DNA from: Eledone cirrhosa
Lineage: Eukaryota
DNA length: 64,000 bases
NCBI GenBank assembly: GCA_964016885.1
Contig: OZ024740.1
Span: 220,410,001 to 220,474,000, forward strand
Direction of reading: 5' to 3'
This document shows positions 48,821 to 62,756 of the stretch, piece after piece. The position numbers and the translations under genes are program-made. Each line of letters starts with the position of its first letter. The first letter of the stretch is position 1. The notes under the pieces are model-generated. The model had not been told where the DNA came from and did no database searches. It worked only from the letters and a program-made list of their open reading frames with translations.

Positions 48821-51800
48821 CTAAAAAGATAAATAGAAATCAAGCAGTTATTATAAAAATTCATGAATAAATATTAATAAAAAATATAATTTTAAATTAT
48901 TTACTTCCTAGAAATGAACAATGGGTTAAATGTTTAATAGCTGAAAATATCAGGAATTTGTTGGCAAATGAGAAAACAACATAATATAAACAAATCATGT
49001 TAGACATTATCAACAAGGATTTGGGACAGGTCTTCAGTTAATTGGGTGGCTATTAAAATTATGGCAGCTAACAATTGAGATATCATAACAAGAGTTAATG
49101 TTGTACAACCATAGTCATCTCTTCACAGATTACACCAGACTGACTAAGTTTCATAAACCTCCACAGCATATCTCATGTCTATAACAAGTTAACTCTTTTA
49201 CTACCATATTTCTAATGAAACATACTTCCCATGTGCATCAAATAATTTTGAAAATTTGAAGAATTCAATAAGATAACTAACCATATCATTACTAAGCTGA
49301 TATTTGAAACATTACTTAAATATTTCCTAAGACCTTCTATCATAAAATTATGGAAGATCTTAATATAAGTATGAGTATTAAAAAAATTATCAGATGTGTA
49401 TCATAAAACCAGGGTGATTTCAGGCAGTTTGGTATCAAAGGTTTAAAACACATACACCCAGTTTTGTCCAATTTATCTGAGCATGGATTGGAAAATTCTA
49501 CATCAAGGGACAAGCTCCGATGAAATGTACCCAATACACTCTGGTGTTAGGAAGAGCATTCAGTTGTAGAAACCATACAAAACCAGAATGAATGTAAACA
49601 AGATGTGATCCCCAATGCCTTCTAAGACAATGGCTTTAAGTAACGACTTAATCTGTAATGACTTGTCCAGGAGAATACCTATAGCACAAAAAAAGAATTA
49701 CTGAACAAAGGAGAAAGAACATATGGAAGAGAGAGAAACCTAGAAAGATATGGGACAAAGTAGTAAAGACTGATCTGAAGAAACTGAATCTTACAAAGGA
49801 AATGACAAAAGACCAAAACAAGTGGCCACACATAAAGGAAGACCAACAAAATGGCAAAATGGATGTTAAAATCGTGGGCATTCTCTCTCTCTCTCAACTT
49901 GTAGGCATCATTACTGTCACAGCTTCCATCATACCCATAACCCCTTCCATTACTTCTTTTCGTCACCCTTTCCCCTCTCACACATAGCACTTTGTTTCTC
50001 TCACCTTGAAAAGTATGTAAGGCAGTCTCCCTAATGGTGATGCTTTGATAAAATGCACTCAGTACACTCTGTAAAATGCCAAGCAAACAGAATAAACGTA
50101 AAGTCAAGAGAACTCTTTAGTCTTACCAAGGATATAACTTCATCTATCTGGTGCTGGTGCCACAATAAAATGTTCTCTATAAAGTGGGTGGCATTAGGAA
50201 GAACATCCAGTTATGGAAAGCATGCCAAAAAATGGCATGTAGAAGTAAGATATGGTCCACCAACCCATCTAGGAATATACTTTCATTATCAAATATTTTC
50301 ATTCTTTCAATACAAATGTATATACCGAGGGTGATATCTCTAAAGTAACATGATACAGCAGCAACCTTAGTAATGCATATTTTCTTCAAAGTAGGTTAGT
50401 TTTGTGCTCCCATGCCCTTACTGTAATGTGTGTCAAATGACAGAAGTGAAGGCTGAAAGTGTTTACAATCTTCATTATATTTCAATGAGAGCAATGAAAG
50501 CATTTTAATTTCATTTGCACATTTCCATAATGAAAATATAAACAATCTCAATTATATTTCTAATATCCCTTCATAATTATTTGTGTAAGAATGTTTGGTT
50601 GTTATATCTGTGTTTGCATTTCATAGTGTGTACATGTTTTGTGAATCTGTCTATGTATTGTTTGTATATAGGTGTGTATGTGTCTGCTGTCATATATTCT
50701 GAATATGTGTTAGTACACATTTATGATTCAATACAAATGTTTTTGCTATGTATGTGCTGAAGTCTTATTTGTGTTTGTATGTGTATGTGCATACACAAGC
50801 AAATTTCCATTACTCCCTATCCATTAATAGTTAAAAATGACTTTTCTCTAATGATTTATATATGTAAGAAATTATCCTTACATTTTGAGTTGCAGTTCAA
50901 GAAATATACTGGAAGTTATTTTAGGCATAAGAGTTTGTTTTGTACATTAGTTAAAAACGTCTTGCAAAACAATAGACTGTTTTCACTAAATTCAAGAAAC
51001 AAATAGATATATATATAAAATGGCCACCCACAGTTTTTTTCAACCAGATTTCACTCACAAGGCATTGGTCAGCCTGAGGTTACAGAAGAAAACACTTTTC
51101 TAAGATGCTAAGCAGTGGAATCAAATAAAAAAAAACATATGGTTGTGAAAAAACTTCTTAAGCACACAGCCATGCATATATAATAAAAGTTAGGAGTTAA
51201 AGAATAGTTGAAAAGAAATAAAGAGGGAGAGATATTAAAGGTTCAAGTTGTCAATGGTGTAGCATACAGGACAGTATAAAGAAGTATATTTAAAATGTTA
51301 AAATATTAAGAGACGAAATGTTTTAAACCCTTTTAATACCAACCTGCCTGAGACAGCCCATACTAAAGTGGTTATAATTAAATTATAAAATCTTAATAAA
51401 AAAAAAAAAACTTCATTAGATGAATTATATCGTGAGATTTCAAGTGGTCAACACCAACATAATAAATTTACTATTATATAAAGTTAGATATTTTACTAAG
51501 TCTCCCCACCCCCAATCTGATTATGCTAAAAAAGCACATAAGTAGTCTATTCATTAGAAATATAGTCACAAAACGGTTAATTATTCAGAAAATAGGCTGA
51601 AACAAAGCAGTATTGTATAGTATAGTTTTCATATTATCCTGTCATATAAGAAAAACATTAAGGAAAAAAGCAATCACTCATTAAATATTTTCATTTTTTT
51701 AGTATTTTCAAAAATAATCCTAATGTATTTAAAATATTAAAACATCCTGTAATGCTTTAGCAACAGATATCTAAATTCAGATTTGTTATTCCAGATATTA

Positions 51801-52625
51801 TTAGTATCTTTACTAACAGACAGATTGTTGTGAAATTTTGCAGTATTAAAGTAGACTTTAATTTTTAATGTGATGTCTTGTATTTTTCAATAATGTTTTG
51901 TTAATGCAGTCACATGTTGTACAGAACGTTAAGATTGGTGTGAAATGTTTAATTATTCAGAAAATAGTTAGGTTGGAAGAAAGCAGTATTGTGTAGCTTG
52001 GTTTTCATATAACTATATTTATCATGTTAGAAAGAATAAAATATTAGGAAAGGAGAAATCACTCAAGTTAAGTATTATCCCCTATTTAGGCTGATAAAAA
52101 GTTGAAATATCTAATACATAGGTGCAGGAACAGTTGTATAGTTAAGAAGTTTGCTTCACAACCACCTGATTTCAGATTCAGTACCACTGAGTGACATTTT
52201 TGACAAGTGTTTTCTGCTATATCCATGGGGTGAACAATGCCTTGTGAGTGAGATTTAGTAAATGGAAACTGTAAGGAAGGCTGTCATATATATATACCTA
52301 TATGTTTATTGGATTTACACCAGGAGAGAAGTATTTTGCCTGCAACATATTAACATACCAACCTAACCACCTTACATAATTATGTTAAAATCTGATGATA
52401 TCACACCGATGCCAATTACTGATGTAACCTTTACATAATAACTTCCCATCACATCATTGAAATATGTAAAATGTAGTAAATACAATTATGTTATGTATGT
52501 ATATGTGTGTATGTATATATATCCAGGGAGTGTAACTTGCAGTTACTGTAGGTTCACCCGGGTGAGCTAGACAGTGTAAAATAAAACAAGGATGAGTGGT
52601 TACTCCTTCATTACGTTTATTGATT

Positions 52626-52710
52626 GGCGATGCACATTTTGCCACTTATCAGCTCAAGGTTCGATCTGTATCGATCTAGCCCGACACTGTAATCCACGGC
52701 TCGTCAGACC
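52626..52710 (-). ncRNA. CpG-decayed hammerhead motif in a pseudo-LTR-like stub
   Basis: Minus strand: ggt CTGACGA gccgt...gtggc AAAA tgtgca TC gcc, derivable from GGCGAAACGCGCGTC by CpG transitions. Confidence 0.6.
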
Positions 52711-52859
52711 CCTTATAATGGTGGTTCCAATAAGAATTCTTCCCCATATGAAACCATGGTAGGGAGATCTATATAGAAGCAAGGTTAGATAGAATATTTT
52801 TTTGTCTATCTTGTTTGTACTCCCATAAATAGATTTTTCTCAATTTTAATATATAATAT

Positions 52860-53330
52860 ATCATCATCATCATTTTACACCCACTTTTCCCTGCTTGCAA
52901 GGTCCTTCTCAGAGCAGCATCTCTCCATTCGTCACGGTCCCTTGTCATCTCCGTGATCTTCAGCGATCTGAGCTCAGCTCTCACCACCCCCGCCCATGTT
53001 TTTCGTGGTCTTCTACTGCGTCTTCCTTCCACCGGGATTTCTTGGCACTTCTTCACCAAGTGTTCATCTTCCATGTGCATCACATGCCCATGCTAACACA
53101 GTCTTCTCTCCCGTACAATACAGTTTATCCCTCTTATACAGTTTCACTCTCAACTCGTCTATGCTTGATCGTTCACGCACATCTATCGGAGCATGCGTGC
53201 TTCGTTTTTCTCCAGCCATCACATATCCTCCGTAGTTGCTGCCCATGTCTCACTACCATGCAGCATCGTGCATCTCACACAGGCATCATATAACCGACCT
53301 TTTGTTTGTAGGGAGAAACCTTTCATTGTC
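52860..53330 (-). mobile_element. RTE LINE 3' fragment
   Basis: KGRLYDACVR, HGSETW, RRPRKTW, (GAT)n tail. Confidence 0.85.
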
Positions 53331-54514
53331 AACATATATATATATATATATATATTTGTGCACATGTGTGTGAGTATGTTGTTTGTTTATAGTATACACA
53401 TGGCAGTTTGACTAATAAAAATCCCAAAGTACCAAACTTGCAAAAATAAATACTGGAGTTGATATGATAGAAAATTACTTCAGGGCAATGCCCCATCATG
53501 ACCACAATCCAATGATTGAATCCAGTACAAGAATATAAGAATATAAGTAGAAATCAGCTCTGAATGGTGGTTAAGAAGGAGATTGGAAAGCAAATAAACA
53601 TTTTACAAAACTCAGAAATACAAAACAAAAAATGCTTCCTGGAATGACTATTAGCAAGTAAGATTAAATTCCATTTGATTCTCTAGTTGGAAAAAACTTG
53701 TGCCTCCACTTGAACTCTTTTGTTACCCTATTTGTAATGAAATATAATGCTTACAATTAAATTATTTTGAAAATAATCAACTATTTGGAAGGTTTTAGTA
53801 AAGTAACTTTCTCATTATTATGCTGGTGTTTTGTACATAAAGGTTCTAACAAAATATTGATGGAAGGTTTCTAGATAACTGTAAATATACAGCTTTTTAT
53901 CATAAAATCAGGTAGTTTCAGGCAATTTGGTATCAAAAGGATTAAAGTCAATTACAAAAGTTGTAAAGATATTGGCTGGAAATGAATCTGATGTATGATT
54001 TAGAAACTAAATGAAATTCACTTTTTATAGGTAGCACAATAAACAGTTCCTTTAGCATCTATGGTTAAGTAGACAATTGAGTGGGAGCAGTTGTAAGATT
54101 GTGAATGTTAGTTTTAAGAGGAATCATTGGGTTTGACTCAGTTCATGTTAAGAGATTAAAGTGAAGAACATTTTAGCTACAAGCTGGTACAGAATATGGA
54201 GAACAGCTAAATGAAAAAGTATCAAGAGCTTATGGGAGAAGACGATGAGGGATGACATGTGAAGAAGTGGTGAAAGCTGATCTCAGGATAATAAATCTCA
54301 TGAAGGAAATGTCAAGAAACCATAAGTGACAAGACACTTTGCTGGAAAATTGATGATGATGAATCTAACACACAAGCACAGAGGAAAACCACATTCCTTT
54401 AAACCCTAAGCTATTGCAGAATCTGATTCCAACTCTAGATGTAGAGGGTGGAATCTTTCTTATTTTATTAATTGGAGTGGAAAAAGGGGCTGTACTAATG
54501 TTTCATCACAGGCC

Positions 54515-55310
54515 CTCCAAGACAAGAGAGTTAGACGCAGCTAATGTGCCTCTTGAGCAGTTGCAAGTCAATACCTGCAGATAAAACATGGGCATGAATG
54601 GAATTCCAGAGAACCAACATTCTGGGGAGGAACAATTGGATGTAATTGTTAGTTCAAGGAATTGGGTAATGGGAGATGTGTCGGTATTACCTAATTGGAG
54701 ATGACATGAGACTGCAGGTAGAAAGTGTTTCAGTGATGCAAACTCTGCTAACTTGAGGATGTGCATTCAACATGAGAAATTGGGGATGGTGAGATCTACA
54801 CGTCATAATGTCCTAAATGGTTTTAGTAGTATGGTATTCATGTTTAGCAGAGGAGGAAGTGGGGGTAATATTATTTTCTTGATATGCATAATGATTGTTC
54901 TGTTGAAGGAAACAAGATTGATATAATCCCAATGGGAACTGTTTCCGTGATCTCTATTTATTGAGCCAGTGCAGCTTTGACATAAGGTGACTAGGCTGAA
55001 TATGGATGATATCTGCATGTGGAAGGTCAAGGAAGAATGAATGCAAGGAAGAATGAAACGATAGCATTGTTTGAGTTGATGGTAAGTAGGCCATTGATGT
55101 ACAGGAGGAAGATGTTGCTGAGAAAACCAAGCCTTGTAGCATACCAGAATTGCTAGAATGAGGGTCATGGTGAGCTCCATCACCATATGCTGTAGCAGTG
55201 CAATCTGACAGGAAGCTAACAATCAAAGAGACAAGGAACAAATAAAGTCCATAGACAGGTACTATGCAGTACATTGACTCAGATTTGTACAGCTCTCAAT
55301 GCAAAACTTC
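54515..55310 (-). mobile_element. Very degraded non-LTR retrotransposon 3' fragment, clade uncertain
   Basis: Remnant resembling the post-RT 'HIWGGA' region; no intact ORF. Confidence 0.4.
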
Positions 55311-57659
55311 AGTGCCAGTCCTTATATATATATATATCATTATCAGTCATTTAACATACATTTTCCCTGTTAGCAAAGATCAGATGAGTTGTCAAAGCTC
55401 AAATCAGTATCTAAGTGGAACTACTAACCTCCCAGATGGGCCAAGGGCCTATATCTCACTTCTACCAAGTACTCAGATAGGTTGGGAGCCCACATCTCAC
55501 TTACATACAGATTCCCGTGCTCTACCAAGTGCATTTTATTGTGGCACTAGCACTAGGGACTTTATTGTCACAGCTTGACACAGCTGAAGGGTCCTCTCGA
55601 TACTTTGTATTATCATTTAAAGTCCATTTTCGTTGATACAAAAGTTGGATGGGCCTGCATAGACAAAGTCAGTTCTGAAACAGATCTGACAGGTTAGGTC
55701 GCCACATCTTGCTTACATACAGTCCCATGCTCTACCAAATGCATTTTATTCTGACACCAGCACTAGAGAGGTTGTTATATCTGTAACACAACTGAAATGT
55801 CCTCCCAATGCTTTGTTTAGCAAGCTTTCTATGGCTGGATACCCTTCTTATCACCAACCACTAACCACTTTACAGCGTGTACTGGGTGTGATTATCGTGT
55901 AGATCACCAACACTAGGGAGATTATCATGTCATTGACACTGAAGGGTCCTCTCAACCCCTTTTGGCATGGTTTCTACATCAAGTTGCTTTTCCCATCACC
56001 AACCACCTTACAAAGTATACTGGACACATTTTGGTGGCACCAATACTAGAGAGGTTATCAGATATTGACCTAACTGAAGAGCCGTCTGTGGGGACAGAAG
56101 GAAGATAAGGATGATGTTCTGGGTGTATGGCAAGTGCGGTGAGATTTTACAGTGACCTCCAATATCATATGGGAGGGGGAGTGTAGTGTGAATGAGAATA
56201 GCTGAGAGATGATAGGTGGGGGTGTGAATAGGGTGGTTGATAGTGTCGGGGAAGTATTCACCTGTGAGTTGTGATTTTTTAGAGGAGTGTAGTAATGGAG
56301 AGAATAGCTAAGGAGTGGCAGTGAAGGGTGCATAGAAGGGATGTGAGTGTACAGAAGTGGAGAGAGTAGCTACAAAGTGAAGGTATCTAATAACTTTGTG
56401 GGTTGGATACCTAAGGAGTGATAGTGGAGAGGGCATGGATGAGGTGGGGTACAGTGATAATGATAGCTACTAGGGAGTGCTAATGAAGTATGGAAACCCG
56501 GGGATGGGTCACGTCACATTTTATGTTGGTAGGCAGGTCTTCAGCACAACATAGCACCAGCGTACGTGGTACTTTATCTGTTGTAAGGTTTAGCTTAAGA
56601 TCAGTTTTCACTACCTTATCCCAAATCTGCCTCTACACATCACATGTCCATACCAATGCAGTCTTCTCTCATGCACACTACATTCCATTCTTCTTATGCA
56701 GTGTTTTTCTCTCAGCTCGCTTATGCTTACAGCATTCATGCATACTAACATTACACATCCATTGGAACATACATGTATGTGTGTATTCACATCACATTTA
56801 ACACTCTCAGCTGACAATGTCCTGCATAAACAATATTCTTCATGGCTCATGAACGAAAATCTGTACCTTATTTCTTTTTTTTTTATTATTGGCATCAGGA
56901 AATGCATCCGGCCCTTAAAAAAGTTTCATCCAACCCCTGCCAGCATATATATATGAAATAGGCTTTCTTACAGTATCTGTCTACAAAACTGACATTGGTC
57001 AGTCCAAAGCTATAGTAGAAGACACTTTCCCAGTGCCACACTGGGGGATTGAATACAAAACTCCTCATATCATCAGCAACATTACTAGAGTAGATGTTCA
57101 TATTCAAGAGAACTAACGGCAATTCTCTAGTGTATTCCACTTGAAATTATTTTATCTTTTAAAAGCATATATTGGCTGCAACAGCTTGAATACAAGCTGT
57201 TAAGAAGTCATATAGCCACTCTTCTAGCTTTCCAACACGAAGATCATGTAATTTGTGACACCATCCCATCAATCCAATTTCATTGATAGAACAGCTGCGA
57301 CAATATCCACTTGCAATGTTGTGAACTGGCAGTCATTAAAACGTTAGATAGAATACTTTGCAGTATTTGTTCCACCTCACTATGCTCTAAGTTGAAAACC
57401 TGCGAAGGTTAACTTTGCTTTACATCTTTTCGAGATTGATAAAAAAAAGGTAACAGTCCAGTATTGGAATAATTCTCCTCTATATCTCTTTCTCACTCTC
57501 TCTTTTTCTCTGGAAGAAATCAACTATGTACAGACATAGAGAGGGAATGGGCTCTCCCAGGTTTAAAATGTATGTACATCACAACAGCGCTATTATGATT
57601 CCATACACACATACAAAGTTGTAAAAGCTATGTGCAACTTAACTCAATTTTCTCTAAGA

Positions 57660-58010
57660 CAGTAATCAGTTACCCTCTAATAATTTGTGAAATCAGAGAT
57701 ATAGGCTTGTAAGTATTAGCATCTGCTCTACTGCTTCTCTTATGGGTAGGATGTATACTTACTTTCAGCTTTTCAGCAAGCTTACAACTTTTAAAAAAAC
57801 TTTCAAAAAGTATCAAAAATGGCTTTGCTAAAATTATTTTATATATTTTCAAGAGAATTGTTGGGAACCCATGATAGCCACTTATTAAGTTTAGGCCCAT
57901 TTTATTTTGGCTGATATAACATCCTCCTCTTTTATATCAGTGGTTGCCACTTCCACAAGCAGATTTGTATTGAAGAACTCATCTGACTTATTTATTTGCC
58001 AGTGACCCAG
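57660..58010 (-). mobile_element. Degraded CR1-like RT fragment
   Basis: ORF 57670..57900: ILAKPFLILF...YKPISLIS. Confidence 0.6.
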
Positions 58011-60249
58011 TGAGTTAGTGAAAAAACATTTTTAAATTGTTCATTTAATATTTAATTTACTATTTAATAGTCTATTGTCAATGAATTATACCCTTGGCAC
58101 AGAAAGGAATAGAAGTGACATTGATTCAACACGCTCCAGCACAAGTAACTTGTCAATAACTTCAGATAAAAACCAATATAGGGTAGATGGCACTCTCTAG
58201 TACCAGTGACACAATAAAATACATCTCAGTACATGCTGTAAAGTGATTGGCGATATACAGAGCAGTTAGTTGTAAAGCAATTGGGGACTACAAAATAAGG
58301 CAAAACAACTTGAAATCTGTCTAACACATCCAAGCATGAAAAAATAAGGAGGTAAAGCTGTTCATCATGATAATTGTTTCTACTTTGGGCACAAGGCCAG
58401 CAATTATCCCAGTGCATTACTGGTGCTTTATTTTATCGACCCTGTAAGGATGAAAGGCAAAGTTAACCTCGGTGGGATTTGAACTCAGACCATAAAGGGC
58501 TGTAACTCTATGCTGCAAAGCATGGCATCCGATCCTCTACCGATACTGATGAAAATGATGAATAGCTTTATTTTGAAATGCACTAAAGCTGATTCTTTTG
58601 CAAATTTGTAGGAAACTTTAGCATTCTTGTTTATGTTTACTACATCTCACATTTCCCTTTCAACTATCTACCCATTTTATGGGAGTGTTTTAGTTTATCC
58701 TCAATTTGTCCTTTCATTTAAATAATTGAAGATCTTTGTTTTTGGCTCATCAAAATGTTTCTATTATTATATGAGGAATACCTGAGGTCAGAAGTAAAAA
58801 GGAAAAGAATGGTATCTATTTTACTGCTGTTGCTTTGTGATCCCAACATACAGAATGACAAATGTGATACCTCGAAAAAAAAACTATCCAACAACATACA
58901 GGGCTTGTTTTGTGGAAGGCCAAAATTGTTACATCTCTGGGAATTATATTTATGTGAATCCTGGCTTTTCTCTCAGAGAAATTTACTGCTCATGGGTTGG
59001 TAGAATTGTGGGAGCACTGGAAAAAAATACACTAGAGTATTTCGTTATACTCTTCTACATTCTGGTTTTAAATCCAGCCACTGTCAACTCTACTTTTCAT
59101 CGTAGCAAGGTTGATAAAATAAAATACCAATTAAGTTACTGGGGTTGGTATAATCAACTTTCCCCTCTCCAAAATGATTGGCCTTGTGCCTAAAGTAGAA
59201 ATTATTAATACAATAATTTATAAATAAATTAACAACTCTTTGAATACCAAAAACATACAGTTATGTATTTACCTTTTGTCCCCTGTGGGGTACATTTTAG
59301 TTTAGTTTGTGAAGTGCAAATCCAGATTAAGTAAATAAAGCAAATCTGATCAAAATAACCCTTTTATTTTTAACAATTTTTAAAAATGCAAAAATCAGCG
59401 TCTTATCCCAACTTAAACCAAACACTAAAAACAGAACTGGGCCTTAAAGAACTAACACAGATCATTTCAGTTTTATGTAATTGATTTACACACAGAATTT
59501 CAGGCCAATTATGTTTGAAGATTTTTTTTTTTCAACTGATTTCTTTATAGAAATTTAAACTGTGAAACAAAAATCTAGAGTATTATTTGACCATAGATGA
59601 GTATAAATATTTGTTGCAAGTACAGCATGTTAGTAAAGTCAAGCAGAAATTCTGTTCGTCTTCAGTTATGCTGTGACATACTGAGAGATGTGACCAAGCC
59701 CTTTGATGTTAATGAGGCTGAAGTTACCTAACACTAATCAGTTGAACAAATTTAATTGTTTTTCTATCTTTCTGAGAATCATCTCAGATTTCCTATCATG
59801 ATTTAAGATATTCAGTTGACAATATGTTACACACCAAATACCATACAACAACAAGCCTTATAATGTCATATTACATTCTAAAGCAGGTATTAGCCCTGCA
59901 AGCCCTACGGCAAACTTCTCTATTTTCCCCTTTCTTCTGTATCCCTCCACACTAACCCCCTGACATCCATGTTCTCCTCTATCGTTTTTAGCCATATCTT
60001 TCTTGGCCTTCCCCTGCCACAATTTTCTTCTACATATATTTCCATCACTCCTCACATCCTTCCTCAACACATGACTCAACCATCATGTTCTATTGAACTC
60101 TGATAAACATTTGAGTTGATGGATTAAAACAAAGATGTGTTTACATTCTTCAAAAGAACAAGGCATTCAAGCAGTAATGAGCTTTGTATGTATATGTGTG
60201 ATGTCTGAACGAGTGTCTTCCACCTTCAAGTATCTTACCCTCAACCTCT

Positions 60250-60540
60250 TGGTCCCTGCTGACAAGATGGAGAATACGTTGCCCTGGAGGACAGTGAGAG
60301 AGATAGGCTGTAACAGCCACACCACCTTGTGGGGCTCGCAACTGCAAGCAGCCAACTCTGCTCCAATAGCTGTAAGCAGGGATGTGGTCTGGGGGCCAAG
60401 AACACTGTAGGTCTTCACTGCTACAGGTTCCACCACAAACCTATCAGAGAGCAGCTGATACTTGGAGTTTTCCCTCTTTGGCCTGGCAAGCAACAAAGCC
60501 TGGACTAGTAGCCGAATGCACCAGGTTGCCACTAGAGAAG
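60250..60540 (-). mobile_element. CRE-like (RLE-endonuclease) retrotransposon 3' fragment
   Basis: ORF 60167..60547: KYQLL..RFVVEPVAVKT..VLG....LL..IG..L...LQPISL.VLQGNVFSIL, matching the CRE C-terminal pattern as recalled. Confidence 0.75.
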
Positions 60541-61925
60541 GCATCATAGCATCTTCACAACATTCATCACTGCTTCTATTCCTAACATCCTCTGTAATAT
60601 ATTGTTTGTCTTCCTCTCTCTATCATCGGTACTCCATTTATTCCAGTCTTTTCTGTTCATCACCCATAAAATGTTTACATATGTGGCATACTCCTTTCCA
60701 TTCAGTTTCAGTGACACTCCTCTCTGTATTAGCATACCACTCAGTTCCTGGAACTTCTTCCATGTTCATCTCACTCTAGATACTGTTGCTGAGTCTGATC
60801 TACACTCTCCATTCAACACGTCTCCAAGGTAGCAAGATATTTTTACACCATTCCCAATATCCAGCTCAAACACGTTCCCTATCCATAGCTTCCTCCATGC
60901 CTACTTTACACTTAACTGCACCTGCCATATTATTTAATAACCCCTTTAAACCACTACATTTCTAATGTACCCAACCAATGTATATCATACATTTAATTGT
61001 GTTCACTCCCAACACCTTTTCTGTTCTTTCCATCTTACCAAATGCTTTACCACTTGCCAACACCTGTCTTTCAAATATTCACCTTCATACTTTTGTCTTC
61101 AATCATTCCTTTGTGTACAGTAACTACTATGGTAAACCCTTCTTTACACTTCAGACAAATGCCTCCAACACAATTACAAATGATACTGAGCTTAATATTG
61201 ACCCCTAATACACTCCAACCTTCACTTCAAACCCATTACTGTTCCCGTTCTTACAACTTATGTGCTTTCTCATATATCTATGAAAGAGAGAGAGAAACTG
61301 TTCCAGTTCTTACAACTTATGTGCTTTCTCATATATATGAGAGAGAGACTGCTTAGAAAAAAAAGCTAGTGGTGATATTTGTTTATAACAATGTATCTTG
61401 CAGTGAGTGGTTCAATAAACATTAGTTATATGGGTTAGCATCAACTCATAGAAGGTTGATAAAATAAATATAAACAACACCAACTTGACTTTAGATAGCC
61501 AATTAGGAAAAAAAAAATCACCAAAATGTGAAGTTACTAAACATTTGCTTGCAGTTAGGATGTTGAGCTCACGAACTTAAGATCGGGGGTTCAATTCCTT
61601 GACCGGAAAGCATGCTGCGCTCTTGTACACAATATATATTATTTCACAGTGCTCCCTCTTCCAGGAGTTGCAAGTGGCAAATAGTATCAACAATAGAAAA
61701 ATCAATGGAAACATCGTTTCCTTGGTACTGACAATCGGATCCTTTCCTTTTCTTTGTTGGCATCAGATATTACTGTAGTTCTTACTTACCCCTATAGTGA
61801 AATGAGTCAATGAAGAAGCTTGTGGTCCCTTAATCTGCTAGATATAGCAGCCAAATCTCCCTCAAATCACACACTACCATCTTGAAAAGAGGAGTGGGGG
61901 CACACTGAATGCAGTCCTACGGAAT

Positions 61926-62300
61926 GGCAGTATCGGTAGAGGGTCGGACGCCATGCTTTCCAGCATAGTTACGTCCCTTTACGATCTGAGTTCAAATCCC
62001 GCCGAGGTTGACTTTGCCTTTCATCCTTACGGGGTCGATAAAATAAAGTACCAGTAATGCACTGGGTAATTGCTGGCCTTGTGCCTAAAGTAGAAACAAT
62101 TATTTTAAATATGAATTGGCAGCATCGGTAGAGCGTCAGACACCATGCTTTACGGCATAGAGTTATGACCCTTTACGTTCTGAGTTCAAATCCCGCCGAG
62201 GTTAACTTCGCCTTTCATCCTTACGGGGTCGATAAAATAAAGTACCAGTAATGCTCTGGATTAATTGCTGGCCTTGTGCCAAAAGTAGAAACAATTATTT
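61926..62300 (+). mobile_element. Two tandem copies of a second tRNA-like SINE; minus-strand copies at 12447-12570 and 58367-58545
   Basis: ggcagtatcggtagag...gagttcaaatcccgccgagg...gcctttcatccttacggggtcgataaaataaagtaccag. Confidence 0.85.
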
Positions 62301-62756
62301 TAATAACTTGAACGAGTGATCATGGTTGGAAAGCCTTTGCTCACGGTCCATTCAATCAGGATTGAACCAAGAAGGTCGAACAACAACGTTGTGACAAAGT
62401 TTTTTGTTGTTTTTTTAACGATTCAATACTTTCGTTCGTTAATTGAAAGTCCTTACGTTTTTTAGGCATGCCTTCGAATTTCATGTTGATAATGAATATC
62501 ATAAAATTTCTACATGAATGTAATGTCACTTATAGAACCAATATATTTATATTACGTATGTGTTGAGGTGATGGTAATGCAAAAATAATGCAACTGATGT
62601 TGTTATAGATACATGAAACATATCAACGACTTGTAGGAGTCACTCGTGTCATTTGCTTTACAATACCATCATCAGTATTTCCGAGATATCATCATTATAG
62701 CAGACTGAAAATGGTGGTTGACTGAGTCTTTAATGTTTAGACGAAAAGTACTAAAG

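Noticed and set aside
50325-50575. Possible mariner-type MITE
   Set aside because: Termini too degenerate to confirm TIRs
51580-52070. Diverged ~100-bp direct repeat about 370 bp apart (possible LTR pair)
   Set aside because: No TG..CA ends, PBS, PPT or TSD; likely an old local duplication
61239-61352. About 59-bp tandem duplication (also a 29-bp one at 7775-7843)
   Set aside because: Ordinary slippage duplications with no further structure
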